A program made the translations under genes and the position numbers. A stretch of 64,000 nt of DNA. Source: an uncultured Chloroflexia bacterium (GTDB taxonomy: Bacteria; Chloroflexota; Limnocylindria; Limnocylindrales; CSP1-4). This document shows positions 29,307-40,671 of the stretch, in pieces. Below the pieces are notes generated by a model that was given only the letters and a program-made list of their open reading frames with translations, was not told the DNA's origin and did not search any database. The stretch is taken from assembly GCA_963817745.1 (NCBI GenBank), contig CAWFPC010000006.1, positions 197,286-261,285 on the forward strand. Reading direction: 5' to 3'. How positions within the stretch are numbered: position 1 is the stretch's first letter; each line of letters begins with the position of its first letter.

Positions 29307-30779
29307 ATGCGGTTGTGGGGCGGGCGCTTCAGCGAGGAGAACGACGAGCGCGTCGCCGACTTCACGCGCTCGATCGAGGTCGACCGGGGCTCGCCGCCGA
29401 CGACATCGCGGGCTCGATCGCCCACGTGCACGGGCTCGGCCGGGCCGGGCTCCTGCGCGACGACGAGGTCGAGGAGCTGGTCGCGGGCCTGCGCGCCCTG
29501 GCCGAGGACGGTCGAGGCCGGCCGATCGACTGGGATCCCGCGCTCGAGGACGTCCACATGAACCTCGAGGCGGCGCTGGCGGCCCGGATCGGCCCGGTCG
29601 CCGGCAAGCTCCACACCGGCCGGTCGCGGAACGACCAGGTCGCCACGGACCTGCGGCTCTGGACGCGGCGGGCGATCGACGAGCCTCGATGCCGGCCTGC
29701 TCGACTTCGAGCGGGCGCTCGTCGGCGCTCGCCGAGCGCGAGGGGACGGCCGTCCTGCCCGGGCACGACCCACATCCAGCCCGCCCAGCCGGTGCTGTTC
29801 GCCCATCACCTGCTCGCCTACGTCGAGATGGCCGAACGCGACCGGGGCCGGCTGGCCGATGCCCGGCGGCGCGCGCAACGTCTGGCCGCTCGGGTCGGGC
29901 GCGCTGGCGGGCGCCGGCTACCCGCTCGATCGCGAGGCGACCGCCACCGAGCTCGGATTCGATGGCGTGACGCGCCAACTCGCTCGACGCGGTCGCGGAT
30001 CGCGACTTCGTGGTCGAGACGATCTGGCGGCGATCGCGCTCGGGATGGTCCACCTCAGCCGGCTGGCCGAGGAGATCACGTGGTGGTCGAACCCGCGCTT
30101 CGGGTTCGTGCGGGCGTCGGATGCGTTCTCGACCGGCAGCTCGATGATGCCGAACAAGAAGAACCCCGATCCGGCCGAGCTCGTCCGTGGCCGCGCCGCC
30201 CGCGTCATCGGGGAGCTGACCGGGACCCTGACGCTGCTCAAGGGCCTGCCCGCTGGCGTACCAGCGCGACCTGCAGGAGAGACAAGGCGCCGCTGTTCGA
30301 TGCGGTCGAGGTCTACGAGAGCGTCGCTCGAGGTGATGGCCGGGCATGCTCGAGACGCTGACGCGTCGACGCGCGAGCGGATGCGCGCGGCGGCCGACGA
30401 GGGCTACACGACCGCGACGGCCGTCGCCGACGCGCTGGTCCGGCGCGGCGTGCCGTTCCGGACCGCCCACCACGTCGTCGGCTCGCTCGTCGCCCAGGCC
30501 GAGGAGGACGGGCTCGGCCTCGACGAGGTCCCCGACGCGATGATCGGGCGGCGCTGGCGGCAGCGGCGAGCCGACGGCGGCCGCGCTGGCCGAGGAGCCC
30601 GGGATCGGCGACGAGCTGCGGGCGGCGGCCTCGATCGACGGGGCCCTCGCGTCGTGCGACGTCATCGGCGGGACGGCGCCGGCGCGCGTCGCGGCGGCCC
30701 TCGCCGCGGCCCGGGAGCGCCTCGACCGCGACTTGACGAGGTCGCGCTCGAGCTGGCCCAGCGGCCGACGACGCCCTAG
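29307..30779 (+). CDS. argH: Argininosuccinate lyase
   Basis: Reads MRLWGGRFS, GSIAHV, GKLHTGRSRNDQV, THIQPAQP, GSSMMPNKKNPD, LAYQRDLQEDK. At least 8 frame changes across 1.5 kb. The 3' end is uncertain (stop at ~30735 or 30779 depending on frame). Confidence 0.85.
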
Positions 30780-31682
30780 ATCTCCGTCGTCGAGCAGATC
30801 GCACGTCGCGGACCAGGTGCGGATCGCGCGCCCAGGCCGTCGCGATGATCACGTGGAACTGGGCGCCCGACCGGCCGTGCTCGGTCTCGAGCGTCGGCAG
30901 CCACGGTCGGGGAGCGTCCCGGCGAACTCGAACGTCTGCGGCCCGCCACCGAACTCGCCCTCGCCCGCGAGCTCGCCCGACCCAGACGTGATCGTCTCGT
31001 CCCGCCCGCCGCTGACCGTGGCCTCGGCCTTGACCCGGAGCTCGAGGCGGACCTCCTGGACCTTGCGCGACTCGCGCCAGCTCGAGCTCGAGCCGGCCAC
31101 GGAACGGCGAGCCGACGCACAACGGCGACGGATCCAGCCAGATCGAGCCGCGCGAACCCGTCGGCCTCGCCCTCGGCCGCCGGATAGAGCGCGAACTGCG
31201 GCGACCGTCACGACGCCGGCGCGCAGGAGCGCCGTCGGCTGGAGGATCCGGACCGGCATCGCGACGGCGGGATCGAAGCCAGGCACGTCGAGGTTCGACC
31301 CGAGCGTCCCACTCGACCTTCAGCTCGGTCGCCTCGAAGGTCGCCGGCCCGAGCGCCGGGCACCGGCAGCTCGAACGGGAACTCGCGCGTCTCGCCGGCG
31401 GCGAACGTCAGCGGCCCGGACAGGGCGATCGGGACGCCGGCAGGTCCTCGTCGCCGGTCCGCGTCTCCGTCCGCGTATGGCCCTTCGCGTCGGTGGTCGT
31501 GACGTCGTAGCGCCAGCGCTCGGTCCCGCGCAGGGTCACCCGCGCGCCGCGGAACTCACCGCCTCGGTCGGTCGCGACCGACCAGCGTCCGTCCACGAGC
31601 CGACCCGGGAGGAGCGGTCCACGCGTCGAGCTCGAGCTGAAGCTCGAACGCCGCCCACCGCGGTTGGTCGCGCGACGGTCAT
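30776..31682 (-). CDS. Hypothetical protein, two-lobed beta-sandwich (arrestin/Spo0M-like) suspected
   Basis: Reassembled from at least 4 frames: [133 protein letters not shown]. The family call is weak. Confidence 0.4.
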
Positions 31683-31691
31683 CGTCGGGCC

Positions 31692-32851
31692 ATGATGACA
31701 GGCCCGTCCGGCCGCCGCGACGCCGCGTACCATCGCGTGCATGCCCGATCGCGGCGACGATCGTCGCCGCGCCCGAAGGCGCTCCTCCACGACCACCTCG
31801 ATGGCGGACTGCGGCCGGCCACGGTCATCGACCTGGCGGCCGAGTACGGCTACGACGGCCTGCCGACCACCGATGTCGACGAGCTCGCGACCTGGTTCCG
31901 GCGCGGCGCCGACCGCAAGAGCCTCGAGCTCTACCTCGAGACCTTCGCCCACACGTTCGGGGTCATGCAGGAGCGCGACGCGATCGCCCGGGTCGCGGCC
32001 GAGTGCGCCGAGGACCTCGCCGCCGACGGCGTCGTCTACGCCGAGGTCCGCATGGCGCCCGAGCTGTGCACGGAACGCGGCCTGACCCTCGACGAGGCGG
32101 TCGACGCGATGCTCGAGGGGTTCCGGATCGGCTCGGCGCGGGCCGCCGAGGCCGGCCACCCGATCGTCATGAAGCTGCTCGTCACCGCGATGCGCCAGGC
32201 GGCCCGCTCGGTCGAGGTCGCCGAGTGCGCGGTCCGCTGGCGCGACGCCGGCGTCGTCGGCTTCGACATCGCCGGGCCCGAGAAGCCGGCTACCGGCCGA
32301 CCCGCCACCTCGATGCCTTCGAGTACGTCCGGCGCGAGAACTTCCACATCACGATCCATGCCGGCGAGTCGTTCGGGCTGCCGTCGATCTGGGAGGCGCT
32401 CCAGTTCTGCGGCGCCGAGCGCCTCGGCCACGGCGTCCGGATCGTCGACGACATCACCGTCCGCGACGACGGCTCGGTCGAGCTCGGTCGGCTGGCGGCG
32501 TTCGTCCGCGACCGGCGCGTCCCGCTCGAGATGTGCCCGACGCTCGAACGTCCACACGCGGCGCGGCGCCGTCGATCGCGCGAGCACCCGATCGACCTGC
32601 TCCGCCGCCTGCGCTTCCGCGTCACGCTCAACACCGACAACCGCCTGATGAGCGGCGTCTCGCTGTCGAGCGAGTTCGCGGCGCTCGATGCGGCCTTCGG
32701 GATCGGTCTCGGCGAGATGGAGTGGCTGACGATCAACGCGATGAAGAGCGCGTTCGCGCCGTTCGACGAGCGGCTCCGGATCATCAACGAGGTCGTCAAG
32801 CCCGGCTACGCGCGGCTCCGCGCCGAGGAGGCACGGGTCGTCGCCGGCTGA
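31692..32851 (+). CDS. add: Adenosine deaminase
   Basis: Reads [54 protein letters not shown]. Frame changes at ~32285 and ~32540-32585. Confidence 0.85.
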
Positions 32852-32885
32852 GCCGTCGCGGACTCACGAGCGGCCGACCGCGACG

Positions 32886-33759
32886 TCAGAAGATCCCGGC
32901 GCCAGCCGGATGTGCGGCAGGCTCGAGCACGAAGCCGAGCACGACCGCCGCGACGACGCAGCCGCTCCCCGAGCCGGCGGAGCATCAGCCGCGGCGGCTC
33001 GGTCCGCGCCTGCGACTCGGAGGTACCCACCAGCGCCAGCGGTGCGCGATGCCGCTGACGAGACGAGCGCGATCCCGACACGGACCGCAGCTCGGTCAGT
33101 CGAGGAACGTGGCCACGACAGGATGCGGCCGACGACCGCCACCGATCAGCGAGATCGCCGACAGCGTGATCCACGAGGTAGCCGGTCGCCGACGGTCGAG
33201 CCGGCGCGTGGCAGGCGCCGATCGAGCGCACGCATCGACGACCGCCATCGAGGCGCCGACCAGCGGCGACGAGCGCCGAGGAGCACCGCGACCACGAGCG
33301 GGTCGAACCCGAGCACGAGGAAGTCCGGGTTGCGTGCCCTGGATGAGGGCCGAGCGTGCCGAGGGCGATCGCGAGCGGGATCGCCGACGAGGACCCGGCC
33401 GACCAAGCGCCCGGGGAAGCCAGGGCGAGACGATGACCCAGATCGTGCCCAGCGAAGATCCCGCGAACAGGCCGCCGAAGAGGATGCAGCGCGAACGGTC
33501 CCGTCGAGGGTGATGTCGCCGATGCGGTCGCCGTTCTCGGTGAGGCGCGCCGGTGGCTTCGGGACGAGGATGGGCGATCGAGCCGCATGACGACCCGGCC
33601 GCCGATGCCGCCGACGACGATGCCGACCGACCAGCCCGGCGAGCCCGCCACGGGCGATGTCGCGCAGGATCGCTCGCCGAGTGGCCAGGACGCGGCGTCG
33701 ACGTCGGGCTCGCGCCAGTCGCCGGCCGGCGTGTCCGAGCGGTCGCGGTACTCCGCCAT
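32886..33759 (-). CDS. Hypothetical integral membrane protein
   Basis: ATG 33759 (MAEYRDRSDTPAGDWREPDVD..). The downstream coding signal can only be followed by hopping frames at least 5 times: ILRDIARGGLAGL, VGIVVGGIGGRVVMR, LTENGDRIGDITLDGT, ILFGGLFAGIFAGTIWVIVSPWLP, NPDFLVLGFDPLVVAVLLGA, VVAAVVLGFVLEP. No family recognised. Confidence 0.35.
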
Positions 33760-33838
33760 CGGGTCGATCCGCCTCCGTCGACGCGCTATATCGGTCCCGC
33801 TATCATATCAGCGGCGCCGCGGACGTCGTCAATCCCCG

Positions 33839-35082
33839 GCCGGCAGCGCCACCACGAAGCGCGACTGCCGCGTAGCCGTTGGGTTCGAGGAAGATCCGGC
33901 CGCCCATCGCGTCCATCAGCCGGCGAGCCGCGAACAGGCCGATCCCCGAGCCGCGGCTCCGGCCGCGGCCCTCGATCCGGACGAACGGCTCGAACACGCT
34001 CTCCCAGTCCTCGATCGGGACGCCCGGGCCGTCGTCGGTGACGTAGACCTGGATCTCGTCGCCGACGCGCCACACGCCGATGCTCACGCCGTCGGCGATC
34101 GGCGCGTACTTCGACTCGTTCTCGAGCAGCTGCTCGAGGACCTGGCGGAACCGCGCCTCGTCGCCGATCGCGATCATCGGCTCGTCGGGCCGATCCCAGC
34201 GGATCGGGTGCGGCCGCAGCAGGAGCCGCAGCGTCTCGACGGTCTCGTCGACCGCCGCGACGGCGTCGAACGGCGCCCGCGACAGGCCGGTCAGCCCCTC
34301 GCCGCGGACCGACGCCAGGATCGAGTCCACGAGCCGGTCGAGCCGCGGCGAGCTGGTCGGCGGCCGCGTCGCGCCACGTCCCGGCCGCGTCGGGGCTCGG
34401 CGCCTCGGCGGCCGGTCGCCGCCTCGGCCAGCAGGTCGACGTAGACGCGCACGACCGACAGCGGCGTCCGCAGCTCGTGGGTCACGACCGACAGCAGCTC
34501 CGACGCGCGCGGCGTCGAGCGCGGTCAGCTGCGGCCAGCCGCGCCTCGACCTCGGCCGTCAGCCGGCCCTTCTCGACGATCCCGGCCAGCAGCGCGGCGA
34601 TCGTCCGCAGGAAGGCGATCTCGTCGTCGTCGAACTGCCGCGCTCGCGGGTCTGGACGTTGAGCACGCCGACGACCTCGTCGTGCCAGACGAGCGGCACG
34701 GACAGCATCCCGGCCAGGCGCCTCGATGTCGAAGCCGCGGACCCAGGCGAACCGCTCGTCCTGCGGTCACGTCCGCGACCGCGATCGGCTCGCGGGTCGC
34801 CGCGACGCGGCCCGTGATGCCCTCGCCCCAGGCCAGGCTGACCGTGCCGACCTGCGAGCGGTCGAGGCCGTTCGTGGCGGCCAGGGTCAGGCGCGTCCGC
34901 TCGTGGTCGGCGAGGTAGAACGAGCAGACCTCGACGCCCATCGCCGCGGTCGTGCCGTCGACGATCGAGCGCATCAGCTCGTCCCAGTCGCGGGCCAGCG
35001 TCGCGAGCTGGGCGATCTCGTGGAGGAACGCGAGCTGGCGGAGGCGGCGCTCGTCGGCGGTCGGCTCCGTGGTCACGGTCAT
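33839..35082 (-). CDS. GAF-domain sensor histidine kinase (cytoplasmic, orphan)
   Basis: ATG 35082. GAF domain: VCSFYLADHERTRLTLAATNGL..GEGITGRVA. H-box: VTHELRTPL. HATPase motifs: ENESKY, TDDGPGVP, GSGIGL, with tail GSRFVVALPAGD* after a final frame change. At least 4 frame changes. Confidence 0.8.
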
Positions 35083-35143
35083 CCGCGCGATCCGGGCGAC
35101 GGCGTCTCGCTCGAGGTCGATCGGCCGCCGAGGCCGACGCCCG

Positions 35144-36428
35144 TCAGACGGCCGCCGGCTCCGGGTCCGTGACCGTGGTCGGCAGGCCCTCGAGCAGCGG
35201 GTCGGTCCAGGTCCAGGCCGCGCCGTGGTGCTTGCCGACGGCGCCGTGGCGGGCCGCCTCGACCCGCAGCGGCAGCCCGAAGATCTCGATGAACCCGACC
35301 GCCGAGGCGTGGTCGAAGGCGTCGCCCTCGTCGTAGGTGGCGAGGCTCTTGTCGTAGAGCGACATCGGCGAGCGGCGGCCGGCGACGATGGCCTGGCCGT
35401 GGTCGAGCCGGACCCGGACCTCGCCCGACACGACGCGCTGCGACGACGCGATATACGCCCGCAGGTCGCGCGACAGGGCGCTGAACCACAGGCCGTCGTA
35501 GATGAGCCGGGCCAGCTCGTCGGCGACGAAGTGGTTGAAGCGGAGCGTGTCGCGCGACAGCGTGAGCCCCTCGAGCGCGCGGTGCGCGGCGTGCAGGATG
35601 GTGGCCGCCGGCGCCTCGTAGATCTCGCGGCTCTTGATGCCGACGAGGCGGTCCTCGACGTGGTCGATCCGACCGACGCCGTGCGCACCACCGAGCGCGT
35701 GCAGCCGCTCGACGAGCGTCGACGGGCGCCAGCCGCTCCCCGTCGAGCGCGACCGGGATGCCGCCCTCGAACTCGATCGTGACCTCGACCGGGTCGGGGG
35801 CGTCGCCGGGCGCGACGGTCCACTCGTAGGCGTCGGCCGGCGGCGTGACCCACGGGTCCTCGAGGACGCCGGTCTCGCACGAGCGGCCCCACAGGTTCAC
35901 GTCGATCGAGTAGGGCGAGGCCTTGGTGATCGGGATCTCGATCCCGCGCTCGTTCGCGTAGTCGATCTCCTGGTCGCGCGTCAGGCCCATCCCGACGCGC
36001 ATCGGGGCGACGACCTCGAGCCCCGGATCGAGGGCGTGGGTCGCGACATCGAAGCGGACCTGGTCGTTGCCCTTGCCGGTGCAGCCGTGGGCGACCGCGT
36101 CCGCGCCTTCGCGCTTGGCGACCTCGACGAGCAGCTGGGCGATGAGCGGCCGGGCCAGTGCCGTCGCCAGCGGGTAGGCGCCCTGGTACAGCGCGTTGGC
36201 CTGCAGGTGCGGCCACACGAAGTCCGTCACGAAGCGCTCCCGCGCGTCCACGACGTAGGCGCGCGACGCGCCGGCGGACATGGCTCGCGCCTCGACCCCC
36301 TGGCGCAGCGAACCGCCACCGAGGTCGACGGTGAGCGTGACGACCTCGACGTCGTACTGCTCCTTGAGCCAGGCGACGGCGACCGATGTATCGAGTCCGC
36401 CCGAATAGGCGAGGACGACCTTGTTCAT
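35144..36428 (-). CDS. argG: Argininosuccinate synthase
   Basis: Reads AYSGGLDTS, HGCTGKGNDQVRF, SIDVNLWGRS, GVGRIDHVEDRLVGIKSRE. One frame change at ~35730. Confidence 0.9.
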
Positions 36429-36450
36429 GGGTGTACGCGGACCTCCGGGG

Positions 36451-36957
36451 TCAGGTGGTCGAGCCGGCGGCGAGGACGAGGCTGTCCTGCAGGTCCCGGA
36501 AGCGGCCGAGCCAGCGCTCCAGGCGCGACTCGTCGGCGAACAGGACGAGGAGCGTATTGTCGCCCGCCAGCGTGCCTTCCTGCTCGTGCAGCGTCGATTC
36601 GTCGATGGCCTGGGCGACCACGCTGGCCGTCCCGGGCGTGCCGGTCAGCACGAGGATGAGCCCGCTCCGCCCGACGGTGACCGGGACGTCGCCGAGGATC
36701 CGGCGCAGGCGTTCGTCCGAGGCGGCCGGCGGGGGCGATGCGACGTCCTCGGCGGCGACGTAGGCGTGCCCGTCGGTGCGCGGCACCTTGAGCAGGCCGA
36801 GCTCGGTGATGTCCCGGCTCACGGTGGCCTGGGTGACGTCGAAACCCTGCTCGATGAGGGCATCGACGAGCTCGCGCTGGCTGCCGACCGGTCGCGAGGC
36901 CACGAGCTGGCGGATCGCCCGCTGGCGCAGTCGCTTGAGCTCCTGCGACGGGGTCAC
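36451..36957 (-). CDS. argR: Arginine repressor
   Basis: GTG 36957 overlaps the argB stop (GTGA). Winged helix: SQRELVDALIEQGFDVTQATVSRDITELGL. C-terminal GTLAGDNTLLV. Intact. Confidence 0.9.
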   Translation of the reverse strand: MTPSQELKRLRQRAIRQLVASRPVGSQRELVDALIEQGFDVTQATVSRDITELGLLKVPRTDGHAYVAAEDVASPPPAASDERLRRILGDVPVTVGRSGLILVLTGTPGTASVVAQAIDESTLHEQEGTLAGDNTLLVLFADESRLERWLGRFRDLQDSLVLAAGSTT

Positions 36958-37869
36958 GCGGCACCCACCCGCGCCTGCCGCGCGGCGGTGATCCGGGTCC
37001 CGAAGCCGGGATCGCCCAGGGCGCGCTCCAGGGCGTGCTCGGCCGATGAGTCGGCGATGATCGCCTCCGCGCCGTCCCAGCCGAGCGCGGACAGGGCCGC
37101 CCGGACCTTGGGCACCATGCCGCCCGCGACGACACCCGACTCGATGAGGTGCTCCGCCTCGGCCACCGTGAGGGTGTCGAGCTTGTGGCCGTCGGCGTCG
37201 CGCACGCCGTCGACGTCGGTCATGAGCACGAGCTGGCGGGCACCCAGGCCGGCCGCGATGCCCGCCGCGGCGTCGTCGGCGTTGACGTTGCAGACGATCC
37301 CGTCGGCGTCGCGGGCGAGCGGTGCGACGACCGGGACCTGGCCGCCGACGAGGATCGCGTCGAGCAGGTCGCGTCGAAGGCCCGTGACGCTCGCCACGAG
37401 ACCGAGCTCGGGGATCCGTTCGGCGACGAGGAGCCCGCCATCGACGCCCGACAGGCCGACCGCGTCGACGCCGAGGTCGCGCAGTCCCGCCGACGAGCTC
37501 GCTGTTGACGACGCCGCGCAGGACCGCGGCCGCGACCTCGAGGCTCTGCGCGTCGGTGACGCGGAGACCGCCCTCGAACCGGCTCGGGACGCCGAGCCGC
37601 TCCAGCCACTCGGTGATGCGCTTGCCGCCGCCATGGACGAGCACGACCGGCCGGCGCCGTGCGACCGCGGCGACCTCGGCAAGGACCTGGGATTGCTCCG
37701 CGATCGTCGTCCCGCCCAGCTTGACGACCAGGACTCGCTCACCGACCGACCTCGCCTTGGCGCCGAGCTGACGAGTCGAGCGCAAGGAGCGGTCGAGCAC
37801 AGGCGCGCACCCCAGGTGCGTGCGGCGCCGCAGCCGCAAGCCGCGATCGGCGTCGGTGGGCGCCGTCAT
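36954..37869 (-). CDS. argB: Acetylglutamate kinase
   Basis: The ATG overlaps the argJ stop (ATGA). Reads VVKLGGT, VLVHGGG, NVNADDAA, GGMVPKV. Frame change at ~37500. Confidence 0.9.
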
Positions 37870-39248
37870 GTCGTGTACTCCGAGTTCTCGATCACGTATG
37901 CCTCGGTGAGGTCGCAGCCGAAGGCTTCGCCCGTGCCGTCGCCGAGACCGAGGTCGAGCTCGATGACGAGCTCGGGCGCCTGCATCGCCGCGCGGGCCGC
38001 CGCCCGGTCGAACGGGACGGGGCCGCCGGCCGCGCCGTCGAACACCAGGTGGCCGGCGACGTGGATGCGCAACCGATCCGGATCGAGCCCCGCGGCCGTG
38101 CCGCCGCGTCGCGCCGCCTCATCGGTCGGCACGCCCCCGGCCTCGAGCACGGCCGCATCCGCCAGTCGCGCGTTGCCGGCCGCGCCGGCGATCCGGCCCC
38201 AGTTGGGGTCCTTGCCGTGCGCCGCGGCCTTGACCAGGCTCGACGACACGACCGCGCGCGCCACGGCCCGTGCCTCGGCGTCGTCGCGCGCACCGGACAC
38301 GGCCGCGGTGATCAGGATCGTGGCACCCTCGCCGTCGGCCGCCTGTTGGCGTGCGAGGTCGCGGGCGATCGCCTCGACGCCACGCGCCAGCTCGACGGCC
38401 GCGGGGCTGTCCGCGGCGACCTCGGCGGTCGGTGCCGCGCCCGAGCGCGAGCAGGAAGACCGTGTCGTTCGTGCTCGTGTCGCCGTCGACCGACAGCTGG
38501 TCCCAGGTCCGGGCGGCCGCGGGTCGGAGCATCGCCCACAGCACCTCCGGGCGCCACCGGCGCGTCGGTGAGCACGACCGACAGCATCGTGGCCATGTTC
38601 GGATGGATCATCCCGACGCCCTTGGCGATCCCGCTGATCGTCACGGGCACCGTGCCGCCGTCGCGGCCCGGCAGCCGGACGGTCGTCGTCGCGACCTTGG
38701 TCACCGAATCGGTCGTCCGCAGGGCCACGGCCGCCGCCTCGAGCGCGGCGTCGTCGGTAGCCGAGGCGTGGGACGAGGGTGTCGAGCCCGGCCGCGACGC
38801 GATCGAGCGGCAGCCGCGTGCCGATCACGCCGGTCGAGAGATGGAGGACCTGCGTCTCGTCGAGCCCGAGGGCGACGGCCGTCAACCGGCCCACCTCGGC
38901 CTGGTCGGCGTCGCCGGCGGCGCCGGTCGCCGCGTTCGCGGACCCGCTCGTCGAGATGATCGCCGTGGCCCGGCCGAAGCTGCCGCGCGGGTCGCCCGAG
39001 GTGGCCGCGAGGTTGGCCCGTGAGCGGCGGACGGGGGCGGCCGCGAAGGCGTTCGGGGTGAAGACGGCGGCCACGGCGGCCGGACCGTCGGTCGTCGCGA
39101 TGACGGCGAGGTCCGGCCGGCCCGAGGCCTTGATGCCCGCGGCCAGCCCGCCGGCGCGAAAGCCTGCCGGCAGGACGGCCCGTCGCTCGACGTGTGGGAG
39201 GGTCGTCGAGGACGCCGGGGCGGTCGAATCGGACGTGATGGCGGTCAT
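37866..39248 (-). CDS. argJ: Bifunctional ornithine acetyltransferase / N-acetylglutamate synthase
   Basis: Reads [12 protein letters not shown], autoprocessing region [18 protein letters not shown], and [10 protein letters not shown]. About 3 frame changes (~38760, ~38540, ~38440). Confidence 0.9.
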   Translation of the reverse strand: MTAITSDSTAPASSTTLPHVERRAVLPAGFRAGGLAAGIKASGRPDLAVIATTDGPAAVAAVFTPNAFAAAPVRRSRANLAATSGDPRGSFGRATAIISTSGSANAATGAAGDADQAEVGRLTAVALGLDETQVLHLSTGVIGTRLPLDRVAAGLDTLVPRLGYRRRRARGGGRGPADDRFGDQGRDDDRPAAGPRRRHGARDDQRDRQGRRDDPSEHGHDAVGRAHRRAGGARRCCGRCSDPRPPGPGTSCRSTATRARTTRSSCSRSGAAPTAEVAADSPAAVELARGVEAIARDLARQQAADGEGATILITAAVSGARDDAEARAVARAVVSSSLVKAAAHGKDPNWGRIAGAAGNARLADAAVLEAGGVPTDEAARRGGTAAGLDPDRLRIHVAGHLVFDGAAGGPVPFDRAAARAAMQAPELVIELDLGLGDGTGEAFGCDLTEAYVIENSEYTT

Positions 39249-39270
39249 GGTCGAGTCGTGACTCCCTCGC

Positions 39271-40428
39271 TCACGGCGACAGCGGGTGCTGTTCGAGACC
39301 GGCGGTCTCGGGCAGGCCGTGGACGAGGTTGAAGGCCTGGACGGCCTGCCCGGCCGCGCCCTTGACGAGGTTGTCCTCGACCCCGATGGCGATGATCCGC
39401 CCGGTCCGCTCATCGGCGTGGACGTAGACATGGACGTGGTTGCTGCCGGTCGTGTGCTTGGTCGCCGGCGGCGACGTCACCACCGTCACGAACGGCTCGT
39501 CGTCGTACGCCGCGGCGTAGAGCGCATCGAGCTCGCCCTGGGTCACCGGCCGTGTCGGGCGGACGTGGCTCGTCGACAGGATGCCCCGCGTCATCGGGAT
39601 GAGGTGCGGCAGGAAGTCGACCGCCATCGCGCCCGGATTGGCCCCGAGATCCAGCCCCTGCTCGATGGCGACGGCGGCGAGCTCCTGCTCGATCTCGGCG
39701 ACGTGCCGGTGGCCGCCCAGGCCGTACGCCTTCACGCTCTCGTTCACCTCGCCGAACATGAGCTCGGCCTTGGGCTCGCGCCCCGCGCCGGACACGCCGC
39801 TCTTCGCGTCGACGACGAGGTCCTCGATGAGGCCGGCGCGGGCAAGCGGGGCGAGCGCCAGCAGCGTCGCGGTCGGGTAGCAGCCGGGCGCGCCCACGAT
39901 GGCGATCGGGGCGTCGACGAGGGCACGGAGCTCGTCGCGATGGAGCTCGGGAAGCCCGTAGACCGCGATCTCGAGCAGCTCGGGATGCGGATGCTCGAAG
40001 CCGTACCAGCGCGGATAGTCGTCCGCGTCGCGCAGCCGGAAGTCGGGACCGAGGTCGATCACCGCGGTGCCGCCGGCGGCCAGCGCCGGGACCATGGTCG
40101 CGGCGGCGCCGTGGGGCAGGGCCAGGAAGGCGGCGTCCACCTCGGGCAGCTCGCTGTCGACCGCGAGGCCCGTCCGCGCGAGATGGGCATGGTGCCCACC
40201 GATCGGGTCGTCGTGCCGCTCGCGTCCGGCAAGACCCACGATCGCGACGTTCGGGTGGCGCGACAGCAGGCGGATGAGCTCCGCGCCGACGTAGCCCGTC
40301 GCGCCGATGATGCCGACCCGGATACGCCGCGGTCCGTCGTCGGACGCGACGCCGCGCAGGGAGCGGGGAAGGATCCCCGACGAGCGGTCCGTCGCGACCA
40401 CCGCGGGCGACTCGAGCCGTGCGCTCAC
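39271..40428 (-). CDS. argC: N-acetyl-gamma-glutamyl-phosphate reductase
   Basis: Intact. Reads VGIIGATGYVG, catalytic APGCYPT, and NLVKGAAGQAVQ. The N-terminal ~35 aa are extra, so an internal GTG start is possible. Confidence 0.9.
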   Translation of the reverse strand: MSARLESPAVVATDRSSGILPRSLRGVASDDGPRRIRVGIIGATGYVGAELIRLLSRHPNVAIVGLAGRERHDDPIGGHHAHLARTGLAVDSELPEVDAAFLALPHGAAATMVPALAAGGTAVIDLGPDFRLRDADDYPRWYGFEHPHPELLEIAVYGLPELHRDELRALVDAPIAIVGAPGCYPTATLLALAPLARAGLIEDLVVDAKSGVSGAGREPKAELMFGEVNESVKAYGLGGHRHVAEIEQELAAVAIEQGLDLGANPGAMAVDFLPHLIPMTRGILSTSHVRPTRPVTQGELDALYAAAYDDEPFVTVVTSPPATKHTTGSNHVHVYVHADERTGRIIAIGVEDNLVKGAAGQAVQAFNLVHGLPETAGLEQHPLSP

Positions 40429-40516
40429 GGGCGCATGGTCGCGCGACGCGCGACGCCTCTCGCGGGAGGCTGACTCGGGCGGCTCGCCGGGATCGGATGG
40501 ACCGTCGTCATGGGCG

Positions 40517-40549
40517 TATGACTATACAGGAGCGCTGCATAGTCATGCA
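40517..40549. promoter_or_regulatory. Putative ArgR operator (ARG-box-like dyads) upstream of argC
   Basis: TGCATAGTCATGCA (40536-40549) is a TGCAT-N4-ATGCA dyad. The adjacent TATGACTATACA (40517-40528) contains ATGACTAT, the reverse complement of ATAGTCAT in the dyad. It sits in an AT-richer patch about 90-120 nt upstream of the argC start. Confidence 0.5.
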
Positions 40550-40671
40550 AGCCGGTCATGCGTCGAACGTGCACAACGGGCGAACCGCAACCGGCTCAAT
40601 CCCTACTAGTATGGTCGGGATAGTCTGCTATCATCGCCGTCCGGGGGACAAGCACCACACGGAGATCGTCG

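Noticed and set aside
29307-30779. Calling argH (and other broken genes such as argJ, pncA, chrA and the ABC genes) pseudogenes
   Set aside because: All catalytic motifs are preserved between the breaks and there are no nonsense codons within the conserved pieces. Breaks also affect central biosynthetic and metabolic genes across the window, and at least some sit at homopolymers. Sequencing or assembly indels are the simpler explanation. I cannot prove this without reads.
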